DNA of 64,000 bases, taken from the NCBI GenBank assembly GCA_951406725.2, contig OX597814.1:159712001-159776000 (forward strand), in the 5' to 3' direction. The stretch comes from Octopus vulgaris (Eukaryota). The notes under the pieces are model-generated. The model had not been told where the DNA came from. It worked only from the letters and a program-made list of their open reading frames with translations, and ran no database searches. The position numbers and the translations under genes were made by a program. This document shows positions 26,633-40,333 of this stretch, one piece after another; position 1 is the stretch's first letter, and every line of letters begins with the position of its first letter.

Positions 26633-27133
26633 AATATACGTATTTATAACGCACGTACGTTATCCTTTTCCATGATAGAGATATTTTCCGTAATCATAAA
26701 TCATTTCTGGTGACTTCAACTGTACCTAATTTATTTGTTTATTTATTTTTCAAGGTCTCTTCAATAAACAAGAATGCACCAAGTAAACTGTTAATAATGG
26801 AATGGAAATACAGTATCAACGTTGTGTGGTTACGGCCAGCATCGTAAATCATCAGGTAAACTCCTATTGAGTTGCATGCTAGTTCCGTTTCCTACTTGGA
26901 GCCAAGTCTCTTTACTTTCGTTGATAATTGTAGAAAGTATCAACATTCTTTCTCGCCTCCCCTTCCCCACGACCAAGTTAAGGCTTTTGCCTCAACTCCA
27001 CTTAAATGGACGAAAGCGCTAATATATGATAAATGATATATGATGTATAAAAACATGTAATATGCAAATAAATATCTGTAAATATAAAAACCATCCGAAT
27101 TTCTGAGTACCTCATTTCTTCTAATATAAATAT

Positions 27134-27229
<96 letters not shown>

Positions 27230-27231
<2 letters not shown>

Positions 27232-28600
27232 CAGGCTCTGCAGTGACAACCACGACTCATGAGTCACCACTTCATCTTTCGTGAATATCCCCTCACCACT
27301 ATCCACACTGCCCTTGCCAGAGTACTTCCATGACCCGTGCCTCTGCTCTATCTCCTCGCACCCGCCCCACCGTTGCCCGTTTTCCGTTTCCCTCACCTAC
27401 CACTCCTCCACCCTGTCCCTCCAACGCACCATTCACTGAGCCTTCTGGCGATTCCAGTCCGACTCCTTCACTTTGCATATCTTTCCCAAATTACCCCTTA
27501 CCTCCTTCAAACGAGCCCACAACCTACGTGACCTCCTGGCCCACAATTTCTTCCCTAATACCTCCCTCCCAGCCTAGCTCGATCCCCTACTCCCGCCCAT
27601 GCTGCCGCACTTGGCCCTACCTCTCCAACAACACCATTCTCGCAGACACCCATCATCGTCCCTATCATATTAATGACTCTTTTACCTACACTTCTAGCAA
27701 CGTCATCTCCTGCTCTTTCTGCGCTTCTCTGTACATCGGTCAAACGGGAAGCCGCTTGGCTGACCGGTTCGCGAAGCACCTTCGAGACATTAGATTCGGC
27801 AATGACTCCATAGTCTCGCGCCATTTCCACTCTATCTATGTTCGGATTGTTTTTGCCGTGAACCGAAATTAATCTTCTCTCTTCGTTCTTTTGCTCCACA
27901 TGGGCTCGACTACCCTCCCCTCTTCACCTAACTCCCTTCCTCTCTTCTCCCCTCTTGCTATGACACCTGCTTCCTCTCTTTACTCCTACCCACCTTCTCC
28001 CTTGATTGATACCCCTCAAACCTTACCCCACCCCATACATACCCCACACCTCCGCCTTCACCCACACATCCTCACTCCACCTCACATTCTCACCCTAAAC
28101 CTACACCCCACCCTCATATCCTCACACCACCACACCACATCACACCACTCCGCACACACTAGCAATGACCACTTCCCAGCACCCACATTGTCATCCACAC
28201 ACCTACACATTACAGACGCACATACACACACGCACACATCCACACGTCAAAGTCACCAGCCTCTATCCACATGCACGCGCACACGCATACACACGCACAC
28301 GCATACACACGCACACCTTGGTTTGGGGATCATGAGTACTTTATTATTTCCCCTTCTTCCTAGCTCTCCTGTCCAACTACCTTTTTCCAACAAGCCATCA
28401 TGATTCACCGCTAAATCCACAAGTTTTAAAAATTCTTTCACTCTTTATTTCCTCGTGTTCCTTTCTGCTGAAGAGCGTAGGCTTGAAACGTAAAAGACTT
28501 TCTCACATTTCCGAGCCTCAAACTAATACACCTGTTTGTTCTTTAATACACCTGTCTTCGTCTTTTGTTTTTCTGGGTTTTTTTTTTTTGCTTTTCTTTA
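27230..28600 (+). mobile_element. Penelope-like element 3' relic with GIY-YIG endonuclease fragment and hammerhead-like motif
   Basis: HINDSFTYTSSNVISCSFCASLYIGQTGSRLADRFAKHLRDI..VSRHF is a Penelope-type GIY-YIG segment. A C-rich tract follows, then CTTT-CTGCTGAA-GAGCGTAGGCTT-GAAACGTA-AAAG at 28461-28496. Confidence 0.8.
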
Positions 28601-28620
28601 ACTATATATATATATATATA

Positions 28621-29383
28621 CAAAAATGAGGGTGAAGAATTAGATATTAATTTAATAATACCCTTATTTTAACACCAAGCGACCTAGCACATAACAAACC
28701 AGGGAGACGATACATATTTATCTGTAAATATAAGAGAGTTAACGTTAAATAGGTTAACTCTAGTGCTAGAAATAGCTCCTCCGGTATAATCGCTGACGAT
28801 ACCTCCACATAGAAATAGCACTACCCTCAACGTAAGGAAAGTGAAATACAACTAAAAAGTAGATTAATGTTGTACAATTGTTTCTTTATCAATATAATAT
28901 CCAAATTATGCTCACATATATATCTATAAATCATCAGCAACATTTGTCATCGATGCAATTTATCAGACCTACACGGGCGACGATTACCCATGCGGTCTGA
29001 TCGATTACATTCAGGGTTGTAGTTACAAGTTCCCCGCCAAAAGCATATGCTAAGACTTAGTGGAAGCGAATACCGCATGTAATATTTACTGCAGCGTATC
29101 AAATTCATAAATTCAAAAATGAGGGTGAAAAATTAGATATTAATTTAATAATACCCTTATTTTAACACCAAGCGACCTAGCACATAACAAACCAGGGAGA
29201 CGATACATATTTATCCGTAAATATAAGAGAGTTAACGTTAAATAGGTTAACTCTGGTGTTAGAAATAGCTCCTCCGGTATAATCGCTCCTCCGGTGTAAT
29301 GTGGAGGTATCGTCAGCGATTATACCGGAGGAGCTATTTCTAGCACTAGAGTTAACCTATTTAACGTTAACTCTCTTATATTT

Positions 29384-29390
<7 letters not shown>
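28621..29390. mobile_element. Non-coding element with direct repeats (28621-28810, 29114-29287) and an inverted partial copy (29299-29390), Penelope pLTR-like
   Basis: Near-identical ~175-190-bp direct repeats and a terminal inverted copy; both ends sit in (TA)n. Confidence 0.65.
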
Positions 29391-29425
<35 letters not shown>

Positions 29426-29994
29426 GTGCGCGTGTGTTTATATATGTATATGTATGTGATTATGTGTATATGCATGTATGTATTTTGCATATATATATAT
29501 ATATATATATAGTTATAGATTTATATGCTTGTATGTGTGTATATTCGTAACAAAACAATCTTTATTGAATTTTAAACCTAAGAATTCCTTCAATCCATGG
29601 GTTTTAAATTAAGAAAACAAACTTATGCTTATATCAAATTATTTATTTGTCATTAATTAACTTCTCCTGGACATATATTACTCCCTTCTTAACTCAGGGT
29701 TTTTTCGATATTATACAATACGTTATATTTTACTGCCCAATTTATGCACCCCGACCAGCCCAACCGTTAGCGAATACATGCTTTCAAAATAAATTAACCA
29801 ATCAAATTCAAATACTTATTCGTTGAATTGAATCATACCAAATTACATATTACCATTACAAATTTATTCCATTCTGTATCACAACTGCTCGACGTGCGGA
29901 AACGCGAAACTCCGAGTAGCAGTTTTTTTTGTGATGTTTTTGCAACTTTAACAAAAAGGCATATTACTCTACTCTACCATCGGTTGTCAAGCAA

Positions 29995-30201
29995 TGCTTC
30001 TTTGAGTTTCCATCTTCCAAATCCACTCATGAGGCTTTGGCCGGCCCGTGACTATAGTAGAAGACACTTGCCCAAGGTGCCACGCAGTGGGACTGAACCT
30101 GGAACCATGTGGTTGGTAAGCAAGCTACTTGCCACCCAGCCGCTCCTGCGCCATCCACACAGCAACTCCTGCGCCTATCCACACAGCCACTCCTGCGCCT
30201 A
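29995..30201 (-). mobile_element. SINE family B 5' part with triplicated head
   Basis: CCACACAGCCACTCCTGCGCCTA-like unit three times at 30132-30201 next to the family B body. Confidence 0.75.
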
Positions 30202-30456
30202 AAATTTAGAAACCCGAAGTTTATATTAATATTACATAATGTAACTATGACATTTCCTGCAACGTTGCTGAAGAGAGAACGAATGGGTTACAATTAAAAT
30301 TAGAAACCTTGGTTGAACTCAGTTTGCTGAGAGCATTCTTGTACAATGCAATGGTAGCTACCAAAATTAAATATCTATATAATAATCTGTTTGTTCGTTC
30401 ATCCATTATACTTTGGTTAGTTAGAGAGATGGAGGTGGAGTGAGAGGTGGAGTAAA

Positions 30457-30497
<41 letters not shown>

Positions 30498-30718
30498 GGA
30501 AAGAAATGAAAGCGTAAATTCCTTTAAAATCTATATTATTTTCCTTACGCCCATAAATACAAAACGCTGTTTTCTCCTTTATAAGTAACTTCTATTGTTT
30601 TCTTTTCCATTTTATTTCATAGATATTATCATCAGGCTTGTTTCTTGGCGGATAATGTACACTATCCTAAAGTACTTCTCGAAGAAAATGTCAAATAAAA
30701 CTATGCCTGCTGAAGGTA

Positions 30719-30967
30719 AGCTAGTGCTTGTGCTTCTACTAACAAGCTAGTGTTTGTTATGTTTCTACTAACAAGTTAGTACTTGTTATGTTTCTACTAA
30801 CAGGTGAAACGAGAATGTGAGTTTGTATAACTTAATTAATTTTTAATATTGATGCTCAAGGACGTGCACAGATGCTCAATGACGTGTACAGATGCTTAAG
30901 GACGTGTACAGACGCTCAAGGATGTTCAGAGATACTCAAGGACGTGCTCAGATGCTCAAGGACGTGC
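30719..30967. repeat. Two minisatellites: ~26-bp x3 (30719-30803) and 21-bp GATGCTCAAGGACGTGYACA x~5.5 (30851-30967)
   Basis: Directly visible tandem units. Confidence 0.8.
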
Positions 30968-31693
30968 AAAAGAATGTCGTTAAATCAACCACAGTGTTTA
31001 CAAAAAAAATATTACTGAAGGACAGCGCTTAAAAAAAGCAAAAATTGAAATACTGAAGGAGAGCACTCGTGACCATTTTGCATGCAATTCCTGTGACTCA
31101 TAGCAGTGGGAAAAATATAAAAATAATAATCTATCGGTTATATTCTGGTCAAGAAATTGGCCCAAATGTTTGCAACAGGTGCATTAAGGGCAAGGATGTG
31201 GTTAGCAAACCCAGATCGATGAAAGGCAAAATCGACCTTGATGGATTTTGAGCTGAGGAAGTAAGGAAGCGAAGCTAAATAGAAAAAGACATCTTATTCG
31301 AAACTTTACGAGTTCTGCTATTCACTATTCTTTGTAGATGTGATGATGTAATGTTAATAATTAGATCGTGGTGTAAATAGTTACGGAAATCTGCGTTGAA
31401 GTTATCTTCATCAATTTTGTGAATTTTACTGATTTTTGTTCATGCAGTGCACTACCAACTTCCTCAAGCTTTAGTATTATTAGACGACAAGAGAGCTTCT
31501 ACAAGCTAACCCGGTCTCCTAAAGACAGCTACTAAATCTTCATTTTAAAGAAAGGAAGAGTACCTTGAATAAATGGAACACCTTTACAAAGTATCTCTGC
31601 CAGGACTGACCTGGGACTAACTAACTGCAATAATGTTTTTCAGTAAAACAAAATCGGTAATATTTCACAAACGTTGATAAGCTCAGATTGATA

Positions 31694-32175
31694 AAATAAA
31701 CTTCACTCCTGTTGTTAATTAAACTGAATTCATTCAGGAAATTAACTCCTGTAGTTAAGTACAGTTAACTTCCACTGGGAAATAACCTTAACTCATCTTT
31801 GCAAATTTATTTAACATAACTCTTGCAAATATTCTTAACTCCTGTAACTTCATGGTAAATATATTGAATTTCTACTTGTAAATATCCTAAACTCTACCGG
31901 CTAAATGACCTTCACTCCCAGTATAAATGAACTTAACTACCTCTATTAAATGTACCCAGCATCAGCTTGTAAATATATTTATAAACTCCCTTTGATAATT
32001 AAACTTAACTTGAACTAGTAGGTAACTTCAAGTCCCTCTAGTAAATATATTTAGCCTGCTCAGGTAAATAATCTTAACCACCTTTGATACTTGACCTTCT
32101 CCGGTAAAAAGGATTAACTAACATTGGAGAATAATCTTTAGTTGTTATAGTAAACACACGTAAATTCTCAGTTGA
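31694..32175. repeat. Highly diverged ~23-bp periodic array (~20 units)
   Basis: Units such as AAATATATTGAATTTCTACTTGT, AAATATCCTAAACTCTACCGGCT, AAATGAACTTAACTACCTCTATT and AAATGTACCCAGCATCAGCTTGT are each 23 nt. Confidence 0.6.
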
Positions 32176-32231
32176 ATAAAAATTTTTACCGGACAAATAT
32201 ACGTAAACTACCATGGATTAGTGAAGCATAC

Positions 32232-32540
32232 GAGGTGGTACCCAAAAGAAACCGGCATTTTGCAATATAATTTTATTCACTTAGTTTTATATGTTTACAC
32301 TTTTATTGCCCTCAAAGTATTCTCCATTTGAAGCAATGCATCGGTCCTGACGCGTTTTCCACCATTCGAAGCAGTGTTGGAACTCTTGCAAAGTGATACC
32401 TTTAAACGCCTCAGTCGTTTTTTTTTCTTCATCTTTTCGAAATCTGCATCAGCTTTTGTCACCAGTGATGAACTTCGAAAATAGGTCCGGATCAGTTTCC
32501 AACTGTTCTTCCAGTTCACGACGCGCATTCAGTCGTGACT
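32232..32540 (-). mobile_element. Mariner 3'-end fragment
   Basis: TA-CGAGGTGGTACCCAAAAG TIR; the minus strand encodes FQHCFEWWKTRQDRCIASNGEYFEG (mariner C-terminus). Confidence 0.7.
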
Positions 32541-32630
32541 GGGAAGAATTAGTTTTAGAGTAGAATAGTTAGTGGGCTGTTATGTAGATAATGTATGTAT
32601 GTATGTGTGCATGTGTGGGTGTATGTAAAT

Positions 32631-32698
<68 letters not shown>

Positions 32699-33054
32699 GT
32701 AGATAGATGTATGTATGTGTGTGGGTGGGTGTATGAATATATATATGTATGTGCACATGTACGTAAGCATATGGATAGGAAAGTAAACAGATAAACATAT
32801 GGACGGATAGTTACATAGGTTATATGAACAAACAAGCACACATACGCAAATAAAGGCTGAAACACATGATCATATATACACACACACACACTTTACACAC
32901 AAGAACACATATCGAGACACACGTCGCCACATATGGAGATGCATATCCATACATACAAACACGGTACAGAGTCGCAAAACACACACACTCAGACATGCAC
33001 ACACAAGGAGACAGAGGACAACACACATACAAACACACACACGCACACATACAA

Positions 33055-33088
<34 letters not shown>

Positions 33089-33674
33089 ACATACATACAA
33101 AACACACCAACACGGGCATATAAACGCATGAATATGCAGAATACATGCATACAAATATACACACATAGATAGATACATATGCATACACACATACATGCAT
33201 ACACACATGCATACATATGAGCATGCATGTATAGGCACATACACACACACACTGACCCACACACACTGACCCACACACACTGACCCACACACACTGACCC
33301 ACACACTTGCACACAAACAAACAAAAGGGAACGCTGTGTGAATAACGACTATTGAAAAGGTTGCAAGATGCAACGAAAATTTAAGAAAAATAAAAAAAGA
33401 AATATGTGGAAGTTTTACCAGTGATTGTGTTAAATTATAAGGCACAAAAAGAGAATGACTCTCCCCAGACACAACATAATAAATATTTACATTCTACCGA
33501 TATTTTCTACGCCTGATTTTGTTTTAAAATACAGGGCTGGAACAAAAGTAGGTATATAGTTGCTTAATATGAGTGACTCAAGCGTTCACTCAAAGTTCCC
33601 AGAAACCAAAATAGAGAACTTCCAATGAACCAGGCATCTCCCTTTTCTCCTGTTTTGTAACAGCATTAACCCGG

Positions 33675-33932
33675 GAGTTTGTTCCTTCACGAGCCACGCC
33701 TGGCTCATAAGGGCCGGTTTCCCGGTTTCCTTGGCGTATAGGTTCCCCACCTGGACGGAACGCCGGTCCGTCGCAGGTGAGCTGCAAGATGCAGGAGGAA
33801 AGAGTGAAAGAAAGTTGTGGCGAAAGAGTCAGAAGACGTTCGCCATTATCTTCTGCCGGAGCCGCATAGAGCTTAGGTATTTCGCTCATAAACACACACA
33901 TCGCCCTGTCTGAGATTCGAACCCGCGATCCC
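33675..33932 (-). mobile_element. GC-rich tRNA-derived SINE (truncated head)
   Basis: Minus strand begins GGATCGCGGGTTCGAATCTCAG (B-box), followed by a GC-rich body. Confidence 0.55.
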
Positions 33933-33934
33933 TG

Positions 33935-34212
33935 GCTCTTATTGTGAGTTCATAGGAGTTTCAAGGGATGACCATACATGACTGGTGGCAGATCGTCCTC
34001 GTGTTAAGCCTTCTCGCCACCAGGAAGCCGCCGGATTCCGGAACAGACGCCGCTGGAATTCACCATTGTCCTCTTGTTAGTCGGGTTGCAGCCTTAGAGC
34101 CGCCAGTGTCAGACCTGTCCGCTTTACCAGGGACTCGAAGTCCTCGACGGCAGAGCTCTGACACTCACTCATTTAACCTTCCCACTACGATGAGGTTAAA
34201 GGTTGGACTTTG
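33935..34212 (+). mobile_element. Probable RTE-LINE-associated non-coding fragment
   Basis: GACCTGTCC...ACCAGG.ACT...AGTCC.CGACGGCA.AGCTC...CCACTACG pattern, recalled from RTE-related repeats; not verified. Confidence 0.3.
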
Positions 34213-34807
34213 AGGAAATTAGGCATTTCCCGCAGATCTCTTTTTCTACTTATGAATCTCTTAGGTTTAGAAAAAAATTGAAGAAATGAAAGAACATTTC
34301 ACTCATATTAAGCAACTGTACACAACTTTTGCTCACCCTTGGATATGCATTACAAATAAAATATATACATTTGTAAATGGAAATATGCTGTCAATACTAG
34401 CAATGGAAATTGGCTGTCAATACTAGCATTTCATTTGAAGAATACTATAATTTTAGACACTTTCGGACAAGAATGAAATCGTATTATTTTAGATAGCAAA
34501 TTAAGAATGACATACGCACGAAGGTAATTTAATTAATATGGCACAAAAATCATGCATTACAAGCTTTCGCATATGTAGAAATAATTTCTTGCTTCATTTT
34601 TTTCAATTAATTAAAGAAACATATGACTCTGTCAGCACGAAATTGCTGGTGGTGTGAGAGAGGGGTTCCTTCAGCTGAAGACATATACCCTGATGAATGA
34701 ATGAACTAGTATATCCATGCATAGATACACTTAAACATATCCACACACACACACACACACATGTATATATATATATGTGTGTGTGTGTGTATGTGTGTGT
34801 GTGTATG

Positions 34808-34923
<116 letters not shown>

Positions 34924-34927
34924 CATG

Positions 34928-34971
<44 letters not shown>

Positions 34972-35503
34972 GGAAATATATCTTAATGATAATAATGATA
35001 TTGTTATATTTTGGGACGATCATTTTTTTTATATAAATAAACACGCACTATTTATTTGTTCTTCAGATTTATTATTATTCTTATTTTATGTCCACTGCCT
35101 GGAAATCTTTCGTCACACAACCAGTGACCTCTTCAGCCACATGTCTCCTCCTGTTCTATTTAGTCAATTCAATTTTCTGTGGTGTGTATTGTTATCTGCG
35201 CATGCGTTTACGTCTGTATCTGTGTATGTGTGTGTGTATGTGTGTGTGTACGCGCGCGTACGTGTGTGCATGCGTGTCTCTGTGTATGTATGGGTGTTTT
35301 TGCGTGTTAGTATATGGGTTTGCTTACTATACTGATTGTATTCGCGCCCTTTATTTAGTTCTTTTTATTTACTTATTAATTTCTCTATTTTTTTTCCATT
35401 TCGTCTTAGGTTTCCGTATGCGTGTCTTTTGTGCGCGTGTGTGTAGCTTTATGTATTATACTGTTTGTAGTTGTGCCTCTTTTGTTTTCATTCCATTCTG
35501 CCA

Positions 35504-35812
35504 GCGGCGAGCTGGCAGAGACGTTAGCACACCGGGCGAAATGCTTAGCGGTATTTCGTCTGCCATATTTAGAAGGCGGCGAGCTGGCAGAATCGTTAGC
35601 ACGCCGGGCGAAATGCGTAGCCGTATTTCGTCTGCCGTTACGTTCTGAGTTCAAATTCCGCTGAGGTCGACTTCGCCTTTCATCCTTTCGGGGTCGATAA
35701 ATTAAGTACCAGTTATGCACTGGGGTCGATATAATCGGCTTAATCCGTTTGTCTGTCCTTGTTTGTCCCCTCTGTGTTTAGCCCCCTTGTGGGCAATAAG
35801 GAAATAAGAAAT
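35504..35812 (+). mobile_element. SINE family A with duplicated head
   Basis: GCGGCGAGCTGGCAGA..CGTTAGCAC.CCGGGCGAAATGC.TAGC.GTATTTCGTCTGCC occurs twice (35504, 35576) before the B-box and body. Confidence 0.85.
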
Positions 35813-36442
35813 AAGAGTCGTCATAATGCGTAATGTGGTAATGAGAGTGTTATTGTTCCATACCTGTTTTCTACTGAGGCTTGGTCTCTCTATTACAATC
35901 CGTGTGACTTCTCTAATCTGTCTCAGTGTCATATTTGTTCTATGCGCTGATAATGCCTTAACATTTATGCTATCATCCGATCTTCAATATACTAATTGAC
36001 CATGTTGATATAGCACGGACGAACTTTTCTCCTCTTTGAACTCCCGCTCCCCTATGCTACGATCTGTCTCCTCAACATATGTTGTCTCATTTCTGCACCA
36101 TCTCTCAGTATACCGTATTCTATATACTACACTCCTAATCTTACAGTTAACATGTGGGTTCATCCTACATACTATACACTTTTTCTTCTACACTTTTTCT
36201 TCTACAGATCAGGGATTTTATGGAGGTTTCTAGTCTTTATACCACTTTAATCCGTAGATATATTTTAACAAACGTTTTCCTAGTTCGCCAAAATGGTACA
36301 ATGAATATTATTATAAAAAGAAAAAAATATTATCTTAAAATAAAATGAAATAAAATCATTATTCAAAAAGAAGTAAAAAAAAACCGAAATAATTACTCTC
36401 TGAGTTGATTTTATATCATGAAAGTTCACCCAAACATGCCAA

Positions 36443-36515
<73 letters not shown>

Positions 36516-36520
36516 GTCTG

Positions 36521-36623
<103 letters not shown>

Positions 36624-36660
36624 GCCTGCCTGCTTGCCTGCCTGCCTGCCTGGCTGCCTG

Positions 36661-36739
<79 letters not shown>

Positions 36740-36793
36740 GTTTGTCTGTGTCTGTCTGTCTGTCTGCCTGCCTGTCTGCCTGCCTGTCTGTCT

Positions 36794-38787
36794 ATGGCAT
36801 GGGTGGGACCCTGATCAGTTTGGATCAATCGAAAGCTTTCGATAGGGTAGACCATTGATACTTGGAGGCTGTCCTCAGAGCGGCTGGTTTCGGTCCCGTC
36901 TTCCGCGGCTGGATAGCCGCTTTGTACAGAGGTATCCGTTCGGTAATTCGCGTAAATGGGCATCTATCGAGACCTTTTGACATTGCACGTTCGGTCCGTC
37001 AGGGATGCCCCCTCTCGTTGCTTCTCTACGTATTGACACTCGAGCCATTATTACGGAAGCTGGCAACTCTGAGGGGCATCCCGAGAGAATTGGGATGCGG
37101 GACGAGCGTGTCTGCATACGCGGACGACTTCACCGTCATAGTGTCCAGCCACGAGCACATCGAGCTGGTCAGCGAGACACTGAAAGACTACGAATCTGTG
37201 ATAGGAGCGAAAATCAACCGGGAAAAGTCAGTGGGCTTGCGGCTCGGCACCTGGAGAAGCAAGCCCATGCCGTCCACCAGCGCCTCCATCGTGGGACGCT
37301 GGACCGACGGTCCGGTCGAGTTGTTCGGGGTCTGGTTTGGTCCGGACCTCCAAATGGAGAAGAACTGGAACGAGATAGCGAGTAGGGTGGTTACTCTCAC
37401 CCGGCAATGGGCCGAGAGGAAACTGTCCCTAAAAGGTCGGGCGGAGGTGGCGAACACGTACATCGCGTCCGTCATCTACTACCGCCTGACCGTCGTGCCT
37501 TGTCCCGACCCTACCATCACCAAACTAGATCGCATTCTCTTTCGCTTCTTGTGGAAAGGATGCGTCCCGATGGTCAGGCGATCCATTTGCTGTCAACACC
37601 CGTTAAAAGGAAGACTGGACATGCCATGGTTGATGATGTGCAGACACGCGCTGAGACTGCGACATCTCAGGCTCTACGTAGACGACGGTGAACAGGTGTG
37701 ATCGCCGTTTGTGAGGCACGCTTTCCCGCAACTCGTCTCCATGACCGAACTGCAGTCGTGGATCAAAAAGAGGCCAAGGAAGGGCGAATGGCACCGAGAG
37801 TGTCGTTTTACTCTCAAGCAACTATGCCGTACCGGGTCGACCTTGAGCGACTTCAACACAACCAAAGCATTCTATAGGGGATTAGTGGAGGAGAGGTACG
37901 ACGACGAGCTCAGGGCGAACCTGGACGTCAACGAGAAATACCTGACCCGCCTGTTCAGGACGACTTTCGGGTCAGGGCTCATGGACAACTTCCAGAGATC
38001 CCTGGCCTAGCAGTGCAACCGAGAAGCGCTACCCGTTCGGGATAAGACACGGCTCGAGAAACATGGGGCCGACCTGCTCGAGATGCGGTCAGAGCGACGA
38101 AACCGTTCTGCACGCACTCGTGCAGTGTCAAACAATTTCCGACCTGTGGGCTTATGTCGAACGACTGCTGTCACGTGTGGGACGAGTCGGTTTATCAGCC
38201 GAGTCTATCGTCAATATTGTCACGCCTCCTTCCTTCAAACGGGAAGGAAGAGCTATTTTCAGCATTCTTGTAGCTATGGCGAAAGAATGTGTCTGATTGG
38301 AGACAAACACTTTCCTCTCTGGTCAATCTCTCATCAACTTCTTCAAGTATCACTTGAAAAGGAAAGTGAGAGAGGCAAGTTTTGTCTAGCGAATGTTTCA
38401 AAAAAAGAAGGGTGAATGTAGCAAGGATGACACGTATGAATGACGAAGCCACCTTGAGCATAATCCTATGAACCCGGAAAAATTTAAAACAGAGGGTTAC
38501 CTACTTGCAAACAAATGTGTTAACAGGTGACACTATTGACCAAGGTTACCGTAGTCTTTTGCGTAGGCTTTTCTTTCCACGGATAAACCCTATCTGCTTC
38601 CCCCTTTACACTTTAATCATGACATACTGTGATACACGATCCCTATTGATCGTTTTTTTCTTTTCTTTCCCTTTTACGATCCCTTTTGATCGAAAACCTA
38701 CCCCACTGTTTTTTCTCTCCATAAAGAAAAGCTCTACTTTGTAATCTGTCCCGTTTGTGTGCAGCCCTGCGTGGCTTATAAAGAAAC
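36794..38787 (+). mobile_element. 5'-truncated Tx1/L1-clade LINE (RT plus C-terminal Cys/His motif), inactivated
   Basis: LISLDQSKAFDRVDH*, SVRQGCPLS, YADD, KINREKS, LSLKGRAEVANTYIAS, FRFLWKG and CSRCGQSDETVLHALVQC, with in-frame stops and frameshifts. Flanked on both sides by (TATC)n/(TGTC)n. Confidence 0.9.
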
Positions 38788-38788
38788 A

Positions 38789-38846
<58 letters not shown>

Positions 38847-38894
38847 GCTAGCTAGCTAGCTATCTATCTGTCTGTCTGTCTGTCTGTCTGTCTC

Positions 38895-38941
<47 letters not shown>

Positions 38942-39028
38942 GTCTCTCTGTCTATCTATCTGTCTATCTATCTATCTATCTGTCTGTCTGTCTGTATGTA
39001 TGTATGTATGTATGTATGTATGTATGTG

Positions 39029-39078
<50 letters not shown>

Positions 39079-39081
<3 letters not shown>

Positions 39082-40333
39082 GGTGCGTAAGATATTTGAG
39101 GACATACCATTTTGGGGTCATTACTACATTTTTTGCTTACTCTGTATAATCTGTATAATCTTTGTTTCAGAAAATAATTATGCTTACTCAAGAAATGAAG
39201 AGGCATGTTGTTATTGTGGTTATAAAGGCTGACATAGCGATTCAGAAATATCTCGATTTTTAAAAGTTGCCAGATCTTTCGTCTATAAAGTTTGTAAGGA
39301 GCTAGACAATAAAGATGAAAACGTATTACCAGTATCAAAGTATAAAAAGCATTCTAAATGCTCTGAAATTATCAGAACACTTGAATTTATCCTGCAAGCT
39401 TAACAGACCATTGATTACTATCTCAGAATGTCCATGAGGTCAGTTATAAAAGACCTCCATGTTTTAGAAGGAACAGTCAGAAATTTTGTCCACGAAGACA
39501 TCAGATATAAGTCTAATATGATAAGGAAAGGTTAATTTGTTAGAAAAAGCAAAAGAAAATCACTACATCAGATCTAAAAGGCTATTAAACAAGCTGAAAA
39601 ATCCAGCAGAAGATTTGATTTGGTTTTTCTCAAAGGAGAAAAACTTCGACCAAGATCAAAACGTCAGCAGAAGAAATGACAGATGGTTATGTACAGATCC
39701 TTCTGAAGTTTCAAGTGTTATGCATACAAAATTTCCTGCAACTATCATGGTTTTAGGGGTTGTCAGCAACGAAGGACATGTGACGCCACCTTACTTCCAC
39801 AAGACCTTAGAGTTAACTCTGCCGCTTACATTGAGGTCCTAGAAATAATTGTTAAGCCTTGGAGAGACAGTGTATGCAATGGAAGGCCATATGTATTTCA
39901 GTATGACTCTGCACTATCACACAAGGCTCTAATAACACAGGGATGGATGGCTGAAAATGTTCATGATCACATAACCCCTAACATTTGGCCTCCTAATTCC
40001 CCAGATCTCAATCCATTGGACTTTTACATGTGGAGCGTTGTTGAGAGAGAGGTCAATGAACACGCCCATGACACCAAAGATTCTTTGAAAGCTGCCATAG
40101 CCAGAGTAATGTCCAAAATGAACCAGGACCACTTGATTCGAGCAAGTAGATGATTTAGATCTCACATAGAAGCAGTTGTTGAAGCTGAAGGTGGCTTTAT
40201 TGAATGACATTATAGAAAAGAAGGTTTATTTTTATTCTCATAGCATTTTTTAATAAAATAAAGTTATTAATTGTTATTACATATCTGATTTTTTATAAAC
40301 ATAAATCTGTCCTCAAATATCTTACGCACCCTG
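39079..40333 (+). mobile_element. Full-length maT (DD37D-type) Tc1/mariner-superfamily transposon, decayed ORF
   Basis: Perfect TIRs CAGGGTGCGTAAGATATTTGAGGACA / TGTCCTCAAATATCTTACGCACCCTG with TA flanks. Motifs WFFSKEKNF, TKFPATIMVLGVVS, FQYDSALSH and WPPNSPDLNPLDF. Confidence 0.9.

Noticed and set aside
28789-28825. CTGACGA...GAAA as a hammerhead in the direct repeat
   Set aside because: The core boxes are present but I could not form convincing stems I-III or a cleavage triplet.
30719-32175. CRISPR-like interpretation of the periodic arrays
   Set aside because: No constant repeat with unique spacers, no cas genes, and a eukaryotic context.
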